Assembly (NCBI GenBank): GCA_051294375.1
Contig: CM119269.1
Coordinates: 3,346,657-3,410,656, forward strand
Direction of reading: 5' to 3'
From: Paraspadella gotoi
Taxonomy: Eukaryota > Animalia > Chaetognatha
DNA: 64,000 bases
Below, one piece after another: positions 42,649 through 60,790 of the stretch. The translations under genes were made by a program, and so were the position numbers. Each line of letters starts with the position of its first letter. The first letter of the stretch is position 1. The notes under the pieces are model-generated. The model was not told the DNA's origin. It ran no database searches and was given only the letters and a program-made list of their open reading frames with translations.

Positions 42649-42942
42649 CAAAATAGTCGTCGGATCCCAGCGACGTTCGTCTTCGTTGGGCCACGATTCC
42701 AGCTACATCGTCCCTCCATGTGGCCACGGGTGAGTTCGAGATTCACTTCCTTTCATTTTCTTTCTCCTTTTCTTCCTTTCGCGTTTTCATTCGAATTCTA
42801 AACGCGTCGTCCTTCTCTTTCCTTTGTGTTTTTCTCTCAACTTCCTCTTTTAAAAAAAGAATATTACTTTCAATACTGTTATTTGTACATTTCGGTCCGA
42901 ATCTTCGCTTTCAATTCCACTTTCAAATTTTCCCACCCCGTC

Positions 42943-43008
42943 AAACAAAACAAAACAAAACAAAACAAAACAAAACAAAACAAAACAAAACAAAACAAAC
43001 AAAACAAA
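42943..43008. repeat. (CAAAA)n pentanucleotide microsatellite in the putative 5' UTR
   Basis: Directly visible between the CCAAT cluster and ATG 43093. Confidence 0.9.
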
Positions 43009-43092
43009 CCTCCTCCATAAAAAGAGACGTCTTTTCCGCCTCATAATTTTCCGGCGTCGAACGATCCGGCATCCGTCCATCTCCCGGTCACG

Positions 43093-44116
43093 ATGCCGGC
43101 GCCGGGATCGGGATTCGGTTTCGTCAACCGACTCCTCGTCCGTCGTTACGGTTCCGGCGGCGGAAGTAGCGGCGGAGAGGATAGCAGCGGCGGCAGGGGC
43201 GGCGGCGTCACTGCAACCGGCGCCGTGGTAAGCGGAGATTACGGATCAGGAACGGCGTCGACCTCGATTCCAACCGGCGCTGTTTCGTCTAGAATCGCAA
43301 CTGAGAACGACCGCCTCGTCAACGCCAACGACGCCGCCAAAGACGAAGACGACGACGGCGTCTTCTTCGAGGAAGACGACGCCGGTCAACAGTCTTCGGC
43401 GTCGAACTTTAAAACATTGAAATTTAATCGTAAAAATGCCGGAGCTTTTTCTCCCTCCGGCGCCAAGAACTCGATTGAGGACGAAATAGGCACGAATTGC
43501 CACCGAAGGCGCCGTGAACGACCAGGAAAACCCGGTGGCGCCCGATTCGTTGGTCCGGGCCTTGAAGTCGCGCGGTCTTCGAGGACGCCGTTGATTGATC
43601 CTCACCTTTCTCAACCGGCGACGTTTAAGCCTCTCAACTTCCCCTCTGCTCAAACTCCAACACTTCCTACCCGAGGAGTCAAGGACCCTAGCATTCCTCA
43701 AGGTTATCGACCGATCAAACCGTCGCACCTTGCCCTTCCGGCCACTCGCCCACCTGTGCAGCAACATCATAATTCCAAAATGCTTCAGCGCTCCCCTCAG
43801 CAGCTGCAGCCTAAACTGAGCAGCCATTCTCATTCCGCATTCGAAACCGTTCCGCAGCTGATGCAGCCTCCGCATCCGCTGCAAACGCCGAAGCCGACGC
43901 CGCCTCCTCGGTCGTCGCCTTCGCCTCCGCCTCTTCCGGTGCGATCAAAGATATCCGCGCCTTTCGTTGCGCCGCCGAAAAGACCTTTTTCATTGGCCCT
44001 TCCGATTGGTCGAAATCTGGCGAGTCCTCCTCCAATCGCGCCCTTGAAACCCTTACCCCCGACACCTCCGACGAAAACCTCACCTCCTGTTTCTTCCTCT
44101 TCAACGGTTTCGTCCG
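43093..44116 (+). CDS. Large first coding exon of an unidentified Gly/Ser- and Pro-rich (adaptor-like) protein
   Basis: About 341 open codons of GC-rich, non-microsatellite sequence from ATG 43093 to a candidate donor TCCG|GTAAAG at 44116/44117, where base composition drops sharply to AT-rich. It contains SH3-ligand-like motifs PPPLPVR, KPLPPTP and PTPPPR, and lies downstream of a CCAAT cluster. Downstream exons were not identified with confidence. Confidence 0.65.
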
Positions 44117-44309
44117 GTAAAGCCCAAAAATCTAAACAAAAATTTTTTTGCTGTGTCTTTTGTTTTTTTTTCGGTTCTTCGTTTTTGTCTTTCAAGTTTC
44201 CAATAGAGGGCAGCTTTAACTTTTGAACCCGTTTTTTTATTTGACAAATGACTAACGCCGCGTGGATTTTATTTTGTGAATGGGTAACCGGTTGTAATAA
44301 TAGTAGTGT

Positions 44310-44877
44310 CAACTTTTTTAGAATTATGGCGATTTTTACTTTATTAACAATAGCAAAAAGAAAACATTGTTATCTAAAAGCCGTGCAGATGTAAAAAATA
44401 AATTAAGTTAATAATTTCAATATCTGTTGAAAGTTAGTTCCCTGATGGAATTTCCCCAATATTAGGAATATTGACGAATTTAAGAATTTGGGAGTTCCTA
44501 GTAAAAATAAAATCGGTCAAAATTGAGTTAAAATTGGAAAACAAAAATAATATTACTGCGAGTACAATTAAAGAATTTAGGAGTTCCTAGTAAAAATAAA
44601 ATCGATCAAAATTAAGCTAAAATTGGAAAACAACTTTTTTAAAATTATGGCGATTTTTACTTTATTAACAATAGCAAAAAACAAACATTGTTATTTAAAA
44701 GCAGTGCAAATGTAAAATATACATTTAAGTTAATAATTTCAATGTCTGTGTAAAGTTAGTTCCCTGATGGAATTTCCCCAATATTAGGAATTTTGACGAA
44801 TTTAAGAATTTGGGAGCTCCTAGTAAAAATAAAATCGGTCAAAATTGGAAAACAAAAATAATATTACTGCGAGTGCA
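44310..44877 (+). repeat. Tandem duplication, ~321-bp period, with an internal ~90-bp sub-duplication
   Basis: CAACTTTTTT..AATTATGGCGATTTTTACTTTATTAAC occurs at 44310 and 44631. GAG(T/C)TCCTAGTAAAAATAAAATCG occurs three times (~44492, ~44581, ~44815). Confidence 0.9.
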
Positions 44878-46105
44878 TCCGAATCTCGATATTGCCACGC
44901 ATGGGAGACACTTGATGCTCAGAAATCAGTCACGAATGTCACAACTCACAAGTGCCACGAATGCGTGCAAAACCGAAAAACGGCAATTATTTTCGTTTCG
45001 GTGGTTAACCTGAAAAATCACGGCGAATTTTTGGTAAAAAAAAATATATATATTTGTTGTACCAATTTCAAAAAAGTTTTTCGAGTCGTGCGATGAAGAG
45101 CAGAAAATAAAACGAGTCGTGAAGAAAAAAAAAAGTATCGATTCCAAATTTGAAGGAAGAATCGCATTTGAACGTGTGGCGGATTCGAGACTGACGGCGG
45201 TTAAAAACTTAGATTTAGTCGTCGTCGTCGTCATCGTCGTCGTCGTCATCGTCGTATTCAAGTGTTTTTTTTCATTTATACCGGCTAAGTTCCAGGAATT
45301 AAGAAGAAATAACAAAGAAAAAGAAGAAGCGACGAACATGATATTTCATGAGAGGAAGGCAATCGATGACGTCAGGACGCACTCCGTGGCTTCTGATTGG
45401 CTGGAAGAGCTTTTTAGTCGATAGTGGTTGGACGAGATGAAAAGGTGCAGAGTTTATAATCTAAAAACTTATGAAAAATTACGAGTAACTAAGTAAATAA
45501 GGCAGGCGTAAAAAATATATTTATTTTTAATTAATATTTTTAAAATCCGAATGTCAAACTTTGTGATACTTAAATTAAAAGCGCTCATTTACATCTGAAA
45601 AGAATAAATACTGAGGGTGGGGCGAAGCAGAATTCGGGGCATGTCCTTTATATTGACTTCGATTCCACCCAAATTTATATCTGATTCCTCAATTATACCC
45701 CATTGTTAGCGTGAGACGTTTCGCCCACTGATTTGTCGTAAAAACAAAAGAAAAAAATATTTATTATCGTTGGCGTCTGGAGCCAAGCATTGTGTCGCCG
45801 GCAAAATGCAGATTATCCGCTAAAAGTCAAAATCGGAGAAAAAAGAGAATCTGAACAAAAAGAAAAGAAAACCAAAAAAAAAAAAAAACAAAACCATAAT
45901 ACGGAATAAAATATCGCAAAAGAGAATTATTATGCATGTTTGTTTGTTTATTCTTTCATAATTACGGAGAAAGCGTTGTTAAAAACGTTTAAACACACCC
46001 TTGTCCTTTTGTTTCGAGGCGATTTTGTAATATAACCGTTTTTTTCGTAGGGAAGCGATCATTTCTTTTTTAGATGACTAATTCTTCTATTTTTGTCGTT
46101 GAAAG

Positions 46106-46208
<103 letters not shown>

Positions 46209-46750
46209 CATTATCGCTATTGTCACGCCAAGTCGTGATTCCCATACCATAGCCCAGTGAAATCACGCTGTTCTTAATTTCTAATTCTGCTTAACCTTTC
46301 AATATCTACGTTTCTATCGAAATAGTGAAAACGTAGCTATTACTTCCTCGTTTTAAAATTATTCTAAGATTAAGTTTACTGACTCATCACAATCAAAACC
46401 GCTTCAATGAAAGTTTAATTTCAAATTCGATGAGACACTTTTATTTTGGCTATCGCGTTTCGTTTTCTTTTTCTAGTATCGTTATCGTCTATGACATAAG
46501 TAATTACGTAAATAACGACGATGCGGATGTCGAAAACTATGAATTTGACGACTGCAGGAAAACGTGACGAAGATTCGGTTCTTTGTTATTTTCGTGACTT
46601 TAGGTTATATTGTACAATGTTATGTTATGTTATGTTATGTTATGTTATGTTATGTTGTACATCGTCCTTTGTTTTCGCGCCGGTGATAAAAATACTTTTT
46701 TCTTTCTTACTGTCGAGATAAATCTACTAAATAGGTTGAGGCGTCTCCAA

Positions 46751-47360
46751 TAAGGCGTAATAAAATTTCTAAATCTAACTTTAATTAAAATTCGAAAAGT
46801 GAGGAACGAACAATATTATACTAATGAACATTTATGTAATAAAAAAATTTATAATAAATTTTACAATTTACGCAGTAGGCCATATTTATACTAGTACTAA
46901 ACCAATAAATGTTAAAATTTCAAAACAGTTTTTTCTAAGATTTTTTTGCAGATTTGGATTCGTCATAAAAAGTTGATAAGATGAAATATAACTCTTTTTG
47001 AAAAATTCCTTCATTAAGTGGGTCAAAAATTAGAAAAAGCTATATTTTAAACTGAAAATTAATTTTTTATATATTAAATATAGTTTTTTTAATTTTTAAC
47101 CCACTTAATGAAAGAATTTTTAAAAATGATTTATATTTTCTTTTATCAACTTTTGACGAGGAATTCAAATCTGCAATCAAAATTAAGAAAAGCCTATTTT
47201 GAAATTTTTTGATTTTATAAGGATAGTACTATATATAAATATAGCCTACTGCGAAAATTAAAAAACAAAATTACTTTTTTTTACAAATTAATGTTCATTG
47301 ATGGTATGTTGTTCATAATTGACTTTTAGAATTTTCGTATGTAACTTTCACTACGCCTTA
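46751..47360. mobile_element. Palindromic non-autonomous DNA transposon (MITE), hAT-like, 610 bp
   Basis: Termini TAAGGCGTA...TACGCCTTA are flanked by a perfect 8-bp duplication GTCTCCAA (46743-46750 and 47361-47368). The element is an imperfect inverted repeat over nearly its whole length (e.g. CGCAGTAGGC/GCCTACTGCG, TTCATTAAGTGGGT/ACCCACTTAATGAA). An 8-bp TSD is typical of hAT and P elements. Confidence 0.85.
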
Positions 47361-47394
47361 GTCTCCAATAATTATTCATTTGTAATCTAACTTA

Positions 47395-47612
47395 CACGGT
47401 TCCCTTGACACCCCGTAAAAGAATTTGAAATAACCCATTTTTAAAACACACACAAAAAAAAAATATAATATTTTTACTACACCGTAGTGAAGTCAAAAAA
47501 TACTGATCCAAGGAAGTTTTTTTTTTTAATTGAAGTTCAAAAGTTTGCTTATAATTTTTTATACAAAATAATGAGAAATTCTTTTCTTTTACGTGGTGTC
47601 TAAGGAACCGTG
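47395..47612. mobile_element. MITE with CAC...GTG termini and 4-bp TSD (Chapaev/CMC-like), 218 bp
   Basis: Roughly 29-bp terminal inverted repeats CACGGTTCCCTTGACACCCCGTAAAAGAA / TTCTTTTACGTGGTGTCTAAGGAACCGTG are flanked on both sides by CTTA. Confidence 0.75.
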
Positions 47613-48312
47613 CTTAACATAACTTAACTTTTGAGTTTTTCTTTGTCTCTTTTTCCTTCTTCGTCCTTTTTTTCTAAAATCAGAATTAGGGTAAAAATCC
47701 TGACTCAGATTCATATCGTCACGTCATTTTGCAGGTGACGAAGTTTCTGACTTTAATTCTGGCTGATTTCGAAGGTGGCATTTTTTTAATCTTTGATCTC
47801 TATTTTTAAAAGAAATAAGTACGTTTTTGTTTTATCTCTGCAAATAGAGAACTCGTTTAATAGGAAACCTTTTATATTTAATCAAAAATTAGTAACGAAT
47901 CATAACAATATTTCAAAAAAAAAAAATAATAATACCGCGATATTTTGAAATTGAAAATAATAAAATAACTTTTAATTGTTTCCCTCATTAAACAAAATAC
48001 GTTAAGTAATTTCTTCCAGAAAAAAAAAAGGTTAAAATTAAGCCTACTACTTCTCCGCCAAACAATGATTTTTCCTTCTAATTAAAACCTGATTTAAACC
48101 TTTTGTATCGCGCGATCGGAAGAATTAAAGGTCAGGCTGGAACCCGTCACCCGATCTCGTAGTCCCGTTTACTGCGTCGAATATGTTTGGGTTTTGCATT
48201 TGTGTCTGGAATTCTTTTTTAATTCTGCGGCTTGATTTTTTTTTCTAAACTTTTGGGATGGAATTATTCAATTCTCGCCAACTTGAAATACAATTTAATT
48301 TTTTTTCTTTCC

Positions 48313-48410
<98 letters not shown>

Positions 48411-48545
48411 TACGTACTTTCTTTCGTAAATTTCGCTCATTTTCATCTCTATAGGTCGTGATTTGAACTGGAAACTCGTCAAACCGGTTAGTTTTTAAGT
48501 ATAACTATAGCTTAAATAAAGCTCAACTAATATAGCAAAAAGTAT

Positions 48546-48639
<94 letters not shown>

Positions 48640-49479
48640 GTGGGAGAATGTGTCCCGAAAAAGAAAAAAAAAAGAAAAAGAAAATTATTCGACTGTTCTT
48701 TCTTCTCTTCTTTGACATACTGCATTGTACTGCATTGTACTTCAAGTTAAAAATTATCAGAGAGAAAGAGAGAAGGAGGAAAGGAGTGCGAGCGAGAGCG
48801 AGAGCGAGACGGAGAAGCAACAACAAATTGCGCTCGGTGACGCATCGAAACCTGTTAAGTACTACAGACGCCAAAATATAAGGACGATTTTTTTCTTTTA
48901 TTTCGCTTTTTATCTTTTTTAAATAGCATGATTCCAGTAATCATTTTTTTATTCCGTACGACATCGAGAGCGGTGGACTGAGTTGCAGTTTCTTGGCACG
49001 ATGATTTCGTACGTAATGGTCAGTTTTTAAAAAAAATCAGTTCATATCTGTTGACTTTGTTCAGAGCGACTGTATCTAAAGTTTTAACTTTATTTAATTC
49101 AATTCATTGATATGGCAACCGATTCATGACCGAGCGAAATTTAATTTTGCCTTACTTTGGAACAATAAACGGGTGGGATCTCTGCAGGAATGAATACCTC
49201 AATTGCCGTTATAAATATTCGATCTTATTCTTATTTTAATTCTTTCTTTTGTTCTTCTTCTTTTGAACACGAAAAACTTTTGAACCAAGAGTGAATAATT
49301 CCCGAGAGAAGATTCCCCGCTTCGTTTATCGACTAATCGAACATTTTTGTCTCGACTGAAAACGCAATTCGCAATTTCAAACTCACCTCGAGTTGGTCAC
49401 CGCCTCAGCCTTACCTGACCTAAACTCTTCGCCTCTTTGTCCCGCCTCACCCTTCGAGTTCCTCGTTCCGCCCCTCACC

Positions 49480-52074
49480 ATGGACGAACTTACCCTCGTC
49501 TTCGTCCTTCTCATCGTCGTCTTCGTCGCTCTGCGCGTCCTCAACCTCGGCAGCCGCAGCACAGGTTCGGTTTTAACGAAAAACGATTAATCCCGAAAAC
49601 TGGAAAGAAACGACGGGTTTTAGTGATTAATGAATTTGGCTGAGTGCATTCGCGAAAAATTAAATCCGCGAATCGTTAATCAATCAAAAGTCGGCCAAAC
49701 GATCAATAAATTAATCGGTGAGGCTTGTGGGCTATAACCGTTTCTATTGGGTTTGTATTTAAAGATTATCTCTTGTCCTAACGGTCACACCCCCGCCCCC
49801 TATCAGCGCCGACAATCATCTCCGGTAAATCTGAGCGAATTCGTCGAGTAATCGCCGCCTGTCGGACGCTGCACGAAGTTTACGCTCCGCCACTTTTTTG
49901 GGCCAAACAGGGTCACTTTCAGACGCTGCTGTATGGGATAAAGGTAGTGACGAATCGAAACCTCGAAGAATGGCGTAGGATTTAAATTAAATTGAAATAA
50001 ATATTTAAGAAAAAAAAACACTTTTTTTTTCATTCTTCTAACTTCCGATTTACCGCGTCCCCAAAGGGCCGATTCCGCAGCCCCTCTCCCCGCGCCTACC
50101 GCCGCATTTTCTTGCGAATGTCCGACGGCGCCACCTCAACCTTCGATCTGTTCAAACCTTTAAGGCGACATCCCTCGGGTCGTCAGGTGATCTAACGATG
50201 GGGTGGAGAAAACGGAGAGGAATTGGTTGTTTCGTTGGGAAGATCGGGGTTCGATTCTACAAGGTTTGAGAGATAGACACATCTTTAGTCAACTTAAGGT
50301 TCAATGCTTGCTAAGCTTATACGTGAATGCAATAAACGAAACGACTCCTGCTTTTAATTAAGCTCAAAGAACGCACGTCCCTCGCAACAGGTGACAGTTT
50401 GCGTCTGTCCCGGCATCGGCAATTCATCGGACACCAACTACATCCGCACGATGGTACAGGCGCTGCAGAGACGCGGGTTCCGATGCGCGGTGCTCAATCA
50501 CTTGGGAGTGCCACCCGGAGTCAGGCTCACGTCGCCGAGGATTTTCAGGTGGCGGAAGATTGAGGATGAAAGCAAACGACAAAAACTCCAGCTCCATCCC
50601 AACTCCAACCTTCCCCATCTCTCCATCTACGTCCCAGCTACGGCAGCACAGAAGAATTGGCCTCCATGGTGTCTTGGCTTCGCTCCAATCATCCGTCCAA
50701 TCAGCTCGTCGGCGTCGGCCTTTCCATGGGCGCCAACGTCTTGACCAAATTCTTGGGCGAAAACAAGAAAAACCAACGCGGGTTCATCGGCGCACTTTCC
50801 GTTTGTCAGGGCTACGACGTTGAAAAGGTGGTTATGGGAGCGAGGAAAGTTTCCGTGGAGACGTTAGCCTTTTTGTTTAGTCGATCCTATTTGTGAAATA
50901 TTTCTAAATTTTTTTTCATATTTGTTTTTTCGTTCCGTCTGAAACGACAGCAATATCAGTTGGTAAGAATGGGATGCTAGTTTTTGTTGCGTAGGTTTTT
51001 GCACGAGTGACATTCAACGTCACGTAGGACATACGACGCACCTTAAGATTAACATACTAATGTGTGCAAAAGAATTTATTTACCTTTATAGCCAAGTTAA
51101 CGCGAGTTGTTTTAGTTCTCGTTCACATTTCTCCGTCCAATAAAGGGCACGCAGATGCTGACCGAATGGAAATATTCTACCGGATGTGGAATGTTGTTTT
51201 ACATGTGGAACGTTTCGCAGTTGCTCCGCGGCATCATGGCCAGGCACAAGGTAGTTTGTGAATTATTTTTCAAATAAGAGAAACCTAATAAGAGTCACAG
51301 CCTCAAGAAATCATAAGGCATCCTTTCCTCTCTGAAAAAATAGGATCAACTGTTCTCACGCGCGGCCGAGAGACGCTACGGGACTAAATTTAATCTGGAC
51401 AAAATCTTTTCTCCATTTTCTCTCCTCAACGAGTTGGATGAAGAGTACACCATGAAAATTTATGGTTTTACAGATCTGACTCAGTTCTATAGAGCAATGT
51501 CTTCGGCGAGGTGAATAAGGGAATTTTTTTCCTATTTTACTATGTCCGTCTTTGCTTCTTTGTTTCTTGTTTGTTTATTTGTTTCTTTGTTTGTTTGTTT
51601 CTTTCTTTCTTTCTTGCTTTCTTTCTTTCAATCTCCATAAACACCGTCTCCAGAGTGTTGGACCAAATTGAGATTCCCATGTGCTTCGTCAATGCACTCG
51701 ACGACCCAATGGTGCCGGTGGAGCTTCAAGAGATTGGCAAGGAGACGGCGAAGAACTCGGACAACTCTTTCCACGTTACCACTAAATTTGGCGGCCATCT
51801 TGGATTTTTTGAAGGTTCACGAAAATTCATTTCATACTCTTTTAATCTTTAGAAATATTTTCCAATTATTTTCAAACTTTTTACTTTTCCCTGCTTTATA
51901 TTTTTTGACTTTCCGATTCGAGGTACCTTTTTTCCACGATCTTTGACTTGGATGGACCGACTCATCGTCGACTACAGCGACGCCCTGGTGGCGGTCGAGG
52001 AAACCGGAGAAAACAAAATTCTTAAAAGATCAATGTCGTGTTTTGAGTACGGAGAATCGTCGAAATATCGCTGA
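49480..52074 (+). CDS. ABHD2: Alpha/beta hydrolase domain-containing protein 2 (monoacylglycerol lipase ABHD2 orthologue), 9 exons, 424 aa
   Basis: Hand-spliced GT-AG exons 49480-49564, 49807-49943, 50067-50186, 50391-50548, 50638-50827, 51146-51250, 51344-51510, 51654-51814 and 51923-52074 join in frame (1275 nt). The protein has an N-terminal TM anchor (MDELTLVFVLLIVVFVALRVLNL). ABHD2-like blocks: YAPPLFWAKQGHFQTLLYG, MSDGATSTFDLF, CPGIGN...YIRT, RCAVLNHLG...LTSPRIF, nucleophile elbow GLSMG, SVCQGY, catalytic Asp region NALDDP, catalytic His GGHLGFFEG, and LTWMDRLIVDY. Confidence 0.95.
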
Positions 52075-52694
52075 GGGACAAAAGGAAAACTATTTTAAAA
52101 TGTTCATTAGTGATTGTTAACCTATCCAGACTTTACAAGATCGAAGTTTTAGCGCATACGCATTAACCTATATTATTAAAATTATTATTAAACCTTATAT
52201 TCCTAATCTCTGAATAGCGAAACAAGTATTAATGCGCGCTATTTATTTGATCGAACCAAAGCTTTAAAACATTCTGACTGTGATATCGTAACCCATGATG
52301 TGATTTGAGGTAAAAGCGTTTCCTGAAGCAATACCACATTGCCTACAAGGCCACTATTGTGTAAACAATAAACAATTTTCTGATTTTTGTACATTTTTCA
52401 TTGACTAAAAACTTTTTATCTTGGGTGTTTCTCTGTTGTTTTCTGTTGTTTCAAATTCAACGTAATAGTTTTTACCATACTTATGTGGCTATAGAGAATA
52501 CACTTACGTTCCATTTCACAATTCTAACTTATTTATTTGTAATTTATTTATGCACAACTTAAAGTTTGCTTCGCCAGAAGAATTAATAGAATTTATTGTC
52601 TCGTACCTATGACAATAAAAATTAATTAGGTTAACAAAGAATAAAAAAAAAACAACTTTAAAACATTAATTTTTGTCAATCGCTCATTTGAGTC

Positions 52695-57329
<4,635 letters not shown>

Positions 57330-57910
57330 TTTTTTTAAGTAAGCCAACAAATAGAGGGTAAAAACAATAATCAGGATTTTTAAGCATAAAATCTTTCATA
57401 AGAAAGATTTATTTTAATCGTCATTATATACTGTGACTGCAAGTCTGCAAGTACGCGTATTTCAATTTTTTTCCTAATTAACATTTTGACTCAATGGAAT
57501 CGTGGCCAGCTCGTCTAAGAAGGCACAAAAGTTGGTTAAAGACTTTCACGCGCAAAATGCGTGCATTTCCTCGTGCATCTCGCGCTTATGCAATTCAAGA
57601 CCATATTTGCTTTAGGCGAGATTTCGATTTGTGCGTAAACAGGACGTCATTGGGTCGCGACGACCCGGACGAGAGGAGTTTGTTCGAAAAAATCGATTCT
57701 TAAGATTTCGGAGAATTAATTCTAAGTCAGACTAAAGACTAAGTAATAAATTCTGCGTCTATAATCTCACCCTCTTTGCTTTAGACAAAAAAAGATTGAT
57801 GGATGTTGTTGTTGTTGTCTATAAAAAAGACAGGTGTGGGTTGGTTGCCAATTTTTAACCGAATCCGGAATTCCCACGAGTTAAGAGTCCCTTCTTGATG
57901 GAACTATATA

Positions 57911-58028
<118 letters not shown>

Positions 58029-58165
58029 TTTGTGACGTATTTCAGTGGACTTAAACTTTAGTTAGAAGATATTCACTTGGAAATCTGAGCGCATATTTCA
58101 TTCCAGCTGAATGATTTCCAATGAAGGAGAATCCTTTTGTTGTACTAATTTCTTGGAAGAGTCTG

Positions 58166-58209
<44 letters not shown>

Positions 58210-58401
58210 AAACTAAAAATGAATTGCACTACATTACCAATTACAACTCCTCCCATGTTCCAGCTTCCCCCAGCACCATTTTCTGCCCCCGGAATCCCGA
58301 CTTTTCTTTTAATTCGCATGACGTTTATGTTCATATTCTGTCATGAATTTTTTGTCCCACTATTAATCAGTCGTGGATCGAGAGTCGATCGCTACCCAAA
58401 A

Positions 58402-60360
58402 TCATTTTTCTTTCAATCTTCTCGGATCCAAATATTTTGAAAAGGGAAACGCGCTGACACCGCAGGGCGAGTGGGAAATGAACGGCGCTAGTTGAACATC
58501 GTATTTAATGCAATCGAAATAATAGGAAAACCTTAGATTTCCTATTCCATACTTCAGAGAATCGAATACCGTATTTTCTTTGAGCATTCGCTCGATTTCG
58601 CGACATCGTCGTCGCTTACGCTTCGGTATATCTTCCCTAATTAAATTAACAATAACCTACTTTCAATCCATTCGATTGAGTTCGATAACGATCTGGTCGA
58701 AATGACGACGAAGACGATAGCGACGACGACGACGACGATGAAGATGATGCCGACTATGATGGCGACGATGATGACGTAAATAATATATTCTTTTACGGTT
58801 AATTGCCCTTCGTTGTTTATCTCTTTGTCATGGCCATTTTTAAAGCAGCTCAAGGTAGACCTAAGTCGTCGCTCACTTTCTTATCCTTAACCATTTCTAC
58901 ATTTTTTGCCACTGGTCCAATTAGGTCGAACCATGATTATAGATATAATATTTATTATACATATAAGATTTATTCCTCTTCCTTTTTTTTCTCTCTCTTC
59001 AGCGTTTTGTCAATCTCACACTAGTATTAAATTGGTACAACCAATATAAAAATTATCCATTCATTTAATAAATAAGCTATCTTGCCCCTGACTTTGGACA
59101 GGCTTTGGTGGTTTAAGGCCTCCATCACTCTTACAGTCTCGTTTATTCACTCCCAGAGTACCTGGCTTCCCTATCAATAAAAGGTATAATATTTCAAAGA
59201 ATGTTTCAATTGTATGAAAACACCACTCCCTTAAGTATTAGATCGGGGAATACTAAATTTTATAAAAAAAATTTTTGGGCCGCAAATTCTTCCCACTGAA
59301 CTCCCTCCCTGTTTCAATCACCTTCTATTCCGTCCACCTCTCATTTTCCGACGTTGACATAAAACTAGATTGCCAAAAAAAGTAAAATATACTTCTGGCC
59401 TTTTATGGGTCATTATCACGCCATGTCCTGTTATCGTCGTTATTGTAGTCATCATCGTCGTCGTCGTCGTCGTTAATGCCTTTTCTATCGCCCCCGGTCA
59501 CCGAGATCGTATTTCTCGCGGTTAATTCCGGAGATGAAAAATACAATACGACCCGATTCGATGTAACATTGTAACGACCTTTTTTTCCTTTCTTTTTAGA
59601 AGTATTGCCTTTAAATCTTGAGGCTATATACGATACAAAAAATTTAAATCTTTTAAAACCTATTTAAAAAGAGCATCGTGTAAATCATAAGGGCTGAAAT
59701 CACGGCTGAAAAACTGGTGCCATCAGTTGAGGCGCTTTTCACTGTATTCCTTGCTTTGCACTGGGTGAATCAGGTCGAATATCATTAGCCACGCCCTCGA
59801 GAGGAAACCGGAAATTAAATTAGCTTCCAACTTTTTCCCAGTAATAAAAGTCATATATTTTTTATCTTTCCGTTCATCTTAAAAATGTGGGGTTCGTGTC
59901 CGAGTCTTTATTTATTATTTGAGATTGACTCTCCTGTCCGTTGGTACGAATTCTTCTTCGAGAGATGAGAGATAAACAAAGACAGAGACAGAGTTAGGCG
60001 GCGAAAAGACGCGATTTCATCGAGAAAAGAAGTCAAAGAGGAGAAAGAAGATGTGATAATTCTGGACTTAAATGTTTCAAGATGACAGAAACAAAGCGCC
60101 CAAAAATGAACAAAAATATATAGGGACTAAATGTTAAAATCTAACAGAAGATAAAACCCGACAAAATAAAAGATTTTCCCTCAGTTCGATTAGTTATTGC
60201 GTGGTCATTGGTCTAGGGCATTGCCCTGACAATTTCCGGCTGCCCGACCCTCCTTGTTGCCCGAAGCCATAAAGTCGCCACCCTGCGGCTCTTATGATCT
60301 CTGCGGTCAACAGACGGAAAACTTGTGTCAATTGCGTCATGCTTTCAGGATGAAGATATC
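58402..60360 (-). CDS. Possible multi-exon hypothetical gene (exon structure unresolved)
   Basis: Several non-repetitive blocks with AG/GT edges and open minus-strand frames: ~60270-60360 GYLHPESMTQLTQVFRLLTAEIIRAA; ~59660-59760; ~59500-59578; ~59330-59364; and ~58402-58636 ...EIERMLKENTVFDSLKYG...RRLKEK*. More than one phase-consistent chain is possible and no family is recognised. Confidence 0.3.
59030..59135 (-). repeat. Dispersed ~106-bp repeat, second copy
   Basis: Reverse complement of 23323-23428. Confidence 0.9.
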
Positions 60361-60711
60361 CTTTTTTTTTGAAAATAACCAGATAAATCCTTTTTTATAT
60401 GTAAACGGAATTCATAATTATCAATTATTTGAAAAAACCTAAATGTTAAAAATTTTTCGTCTCTCCATTTTTATCTCTCTTTCTCTTTCTGACTTTCTTT
60501 ATTAGTCTTCCTCTCTTTCTCTTTCAATCATACTTTCTCTCTTTCTTTCTTAATCTTCCTCTCTTTCTCTTTCTATCATACTTTCTCTCTTTCTCACTTT
60601 CATTCTTAATCTTTCTCTCTTTCTCTTTCTATATTACTTTCTTTTTCTTTATATCTTACTTTCTCTCTTTCTCTCTTTATATCTCTCTTTTTCCCATTAT
60701 CATCTCTCTCC

Positions 60712-60790
<79 letters not shown>

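Noticed and set aside
43246-44312. Minus-strand ORFs of 212 and 160 aa
   Set aside because: Antisense shadows of the GC-rich plus-strand exon 43093-44116.
48720-48740. miR-33-like sequence CTGCATTGTACTGCATTGTA
   Set aside because: It is a 10-bp tandem duplication with no complementary arm for a pre-miRNA hairpin.
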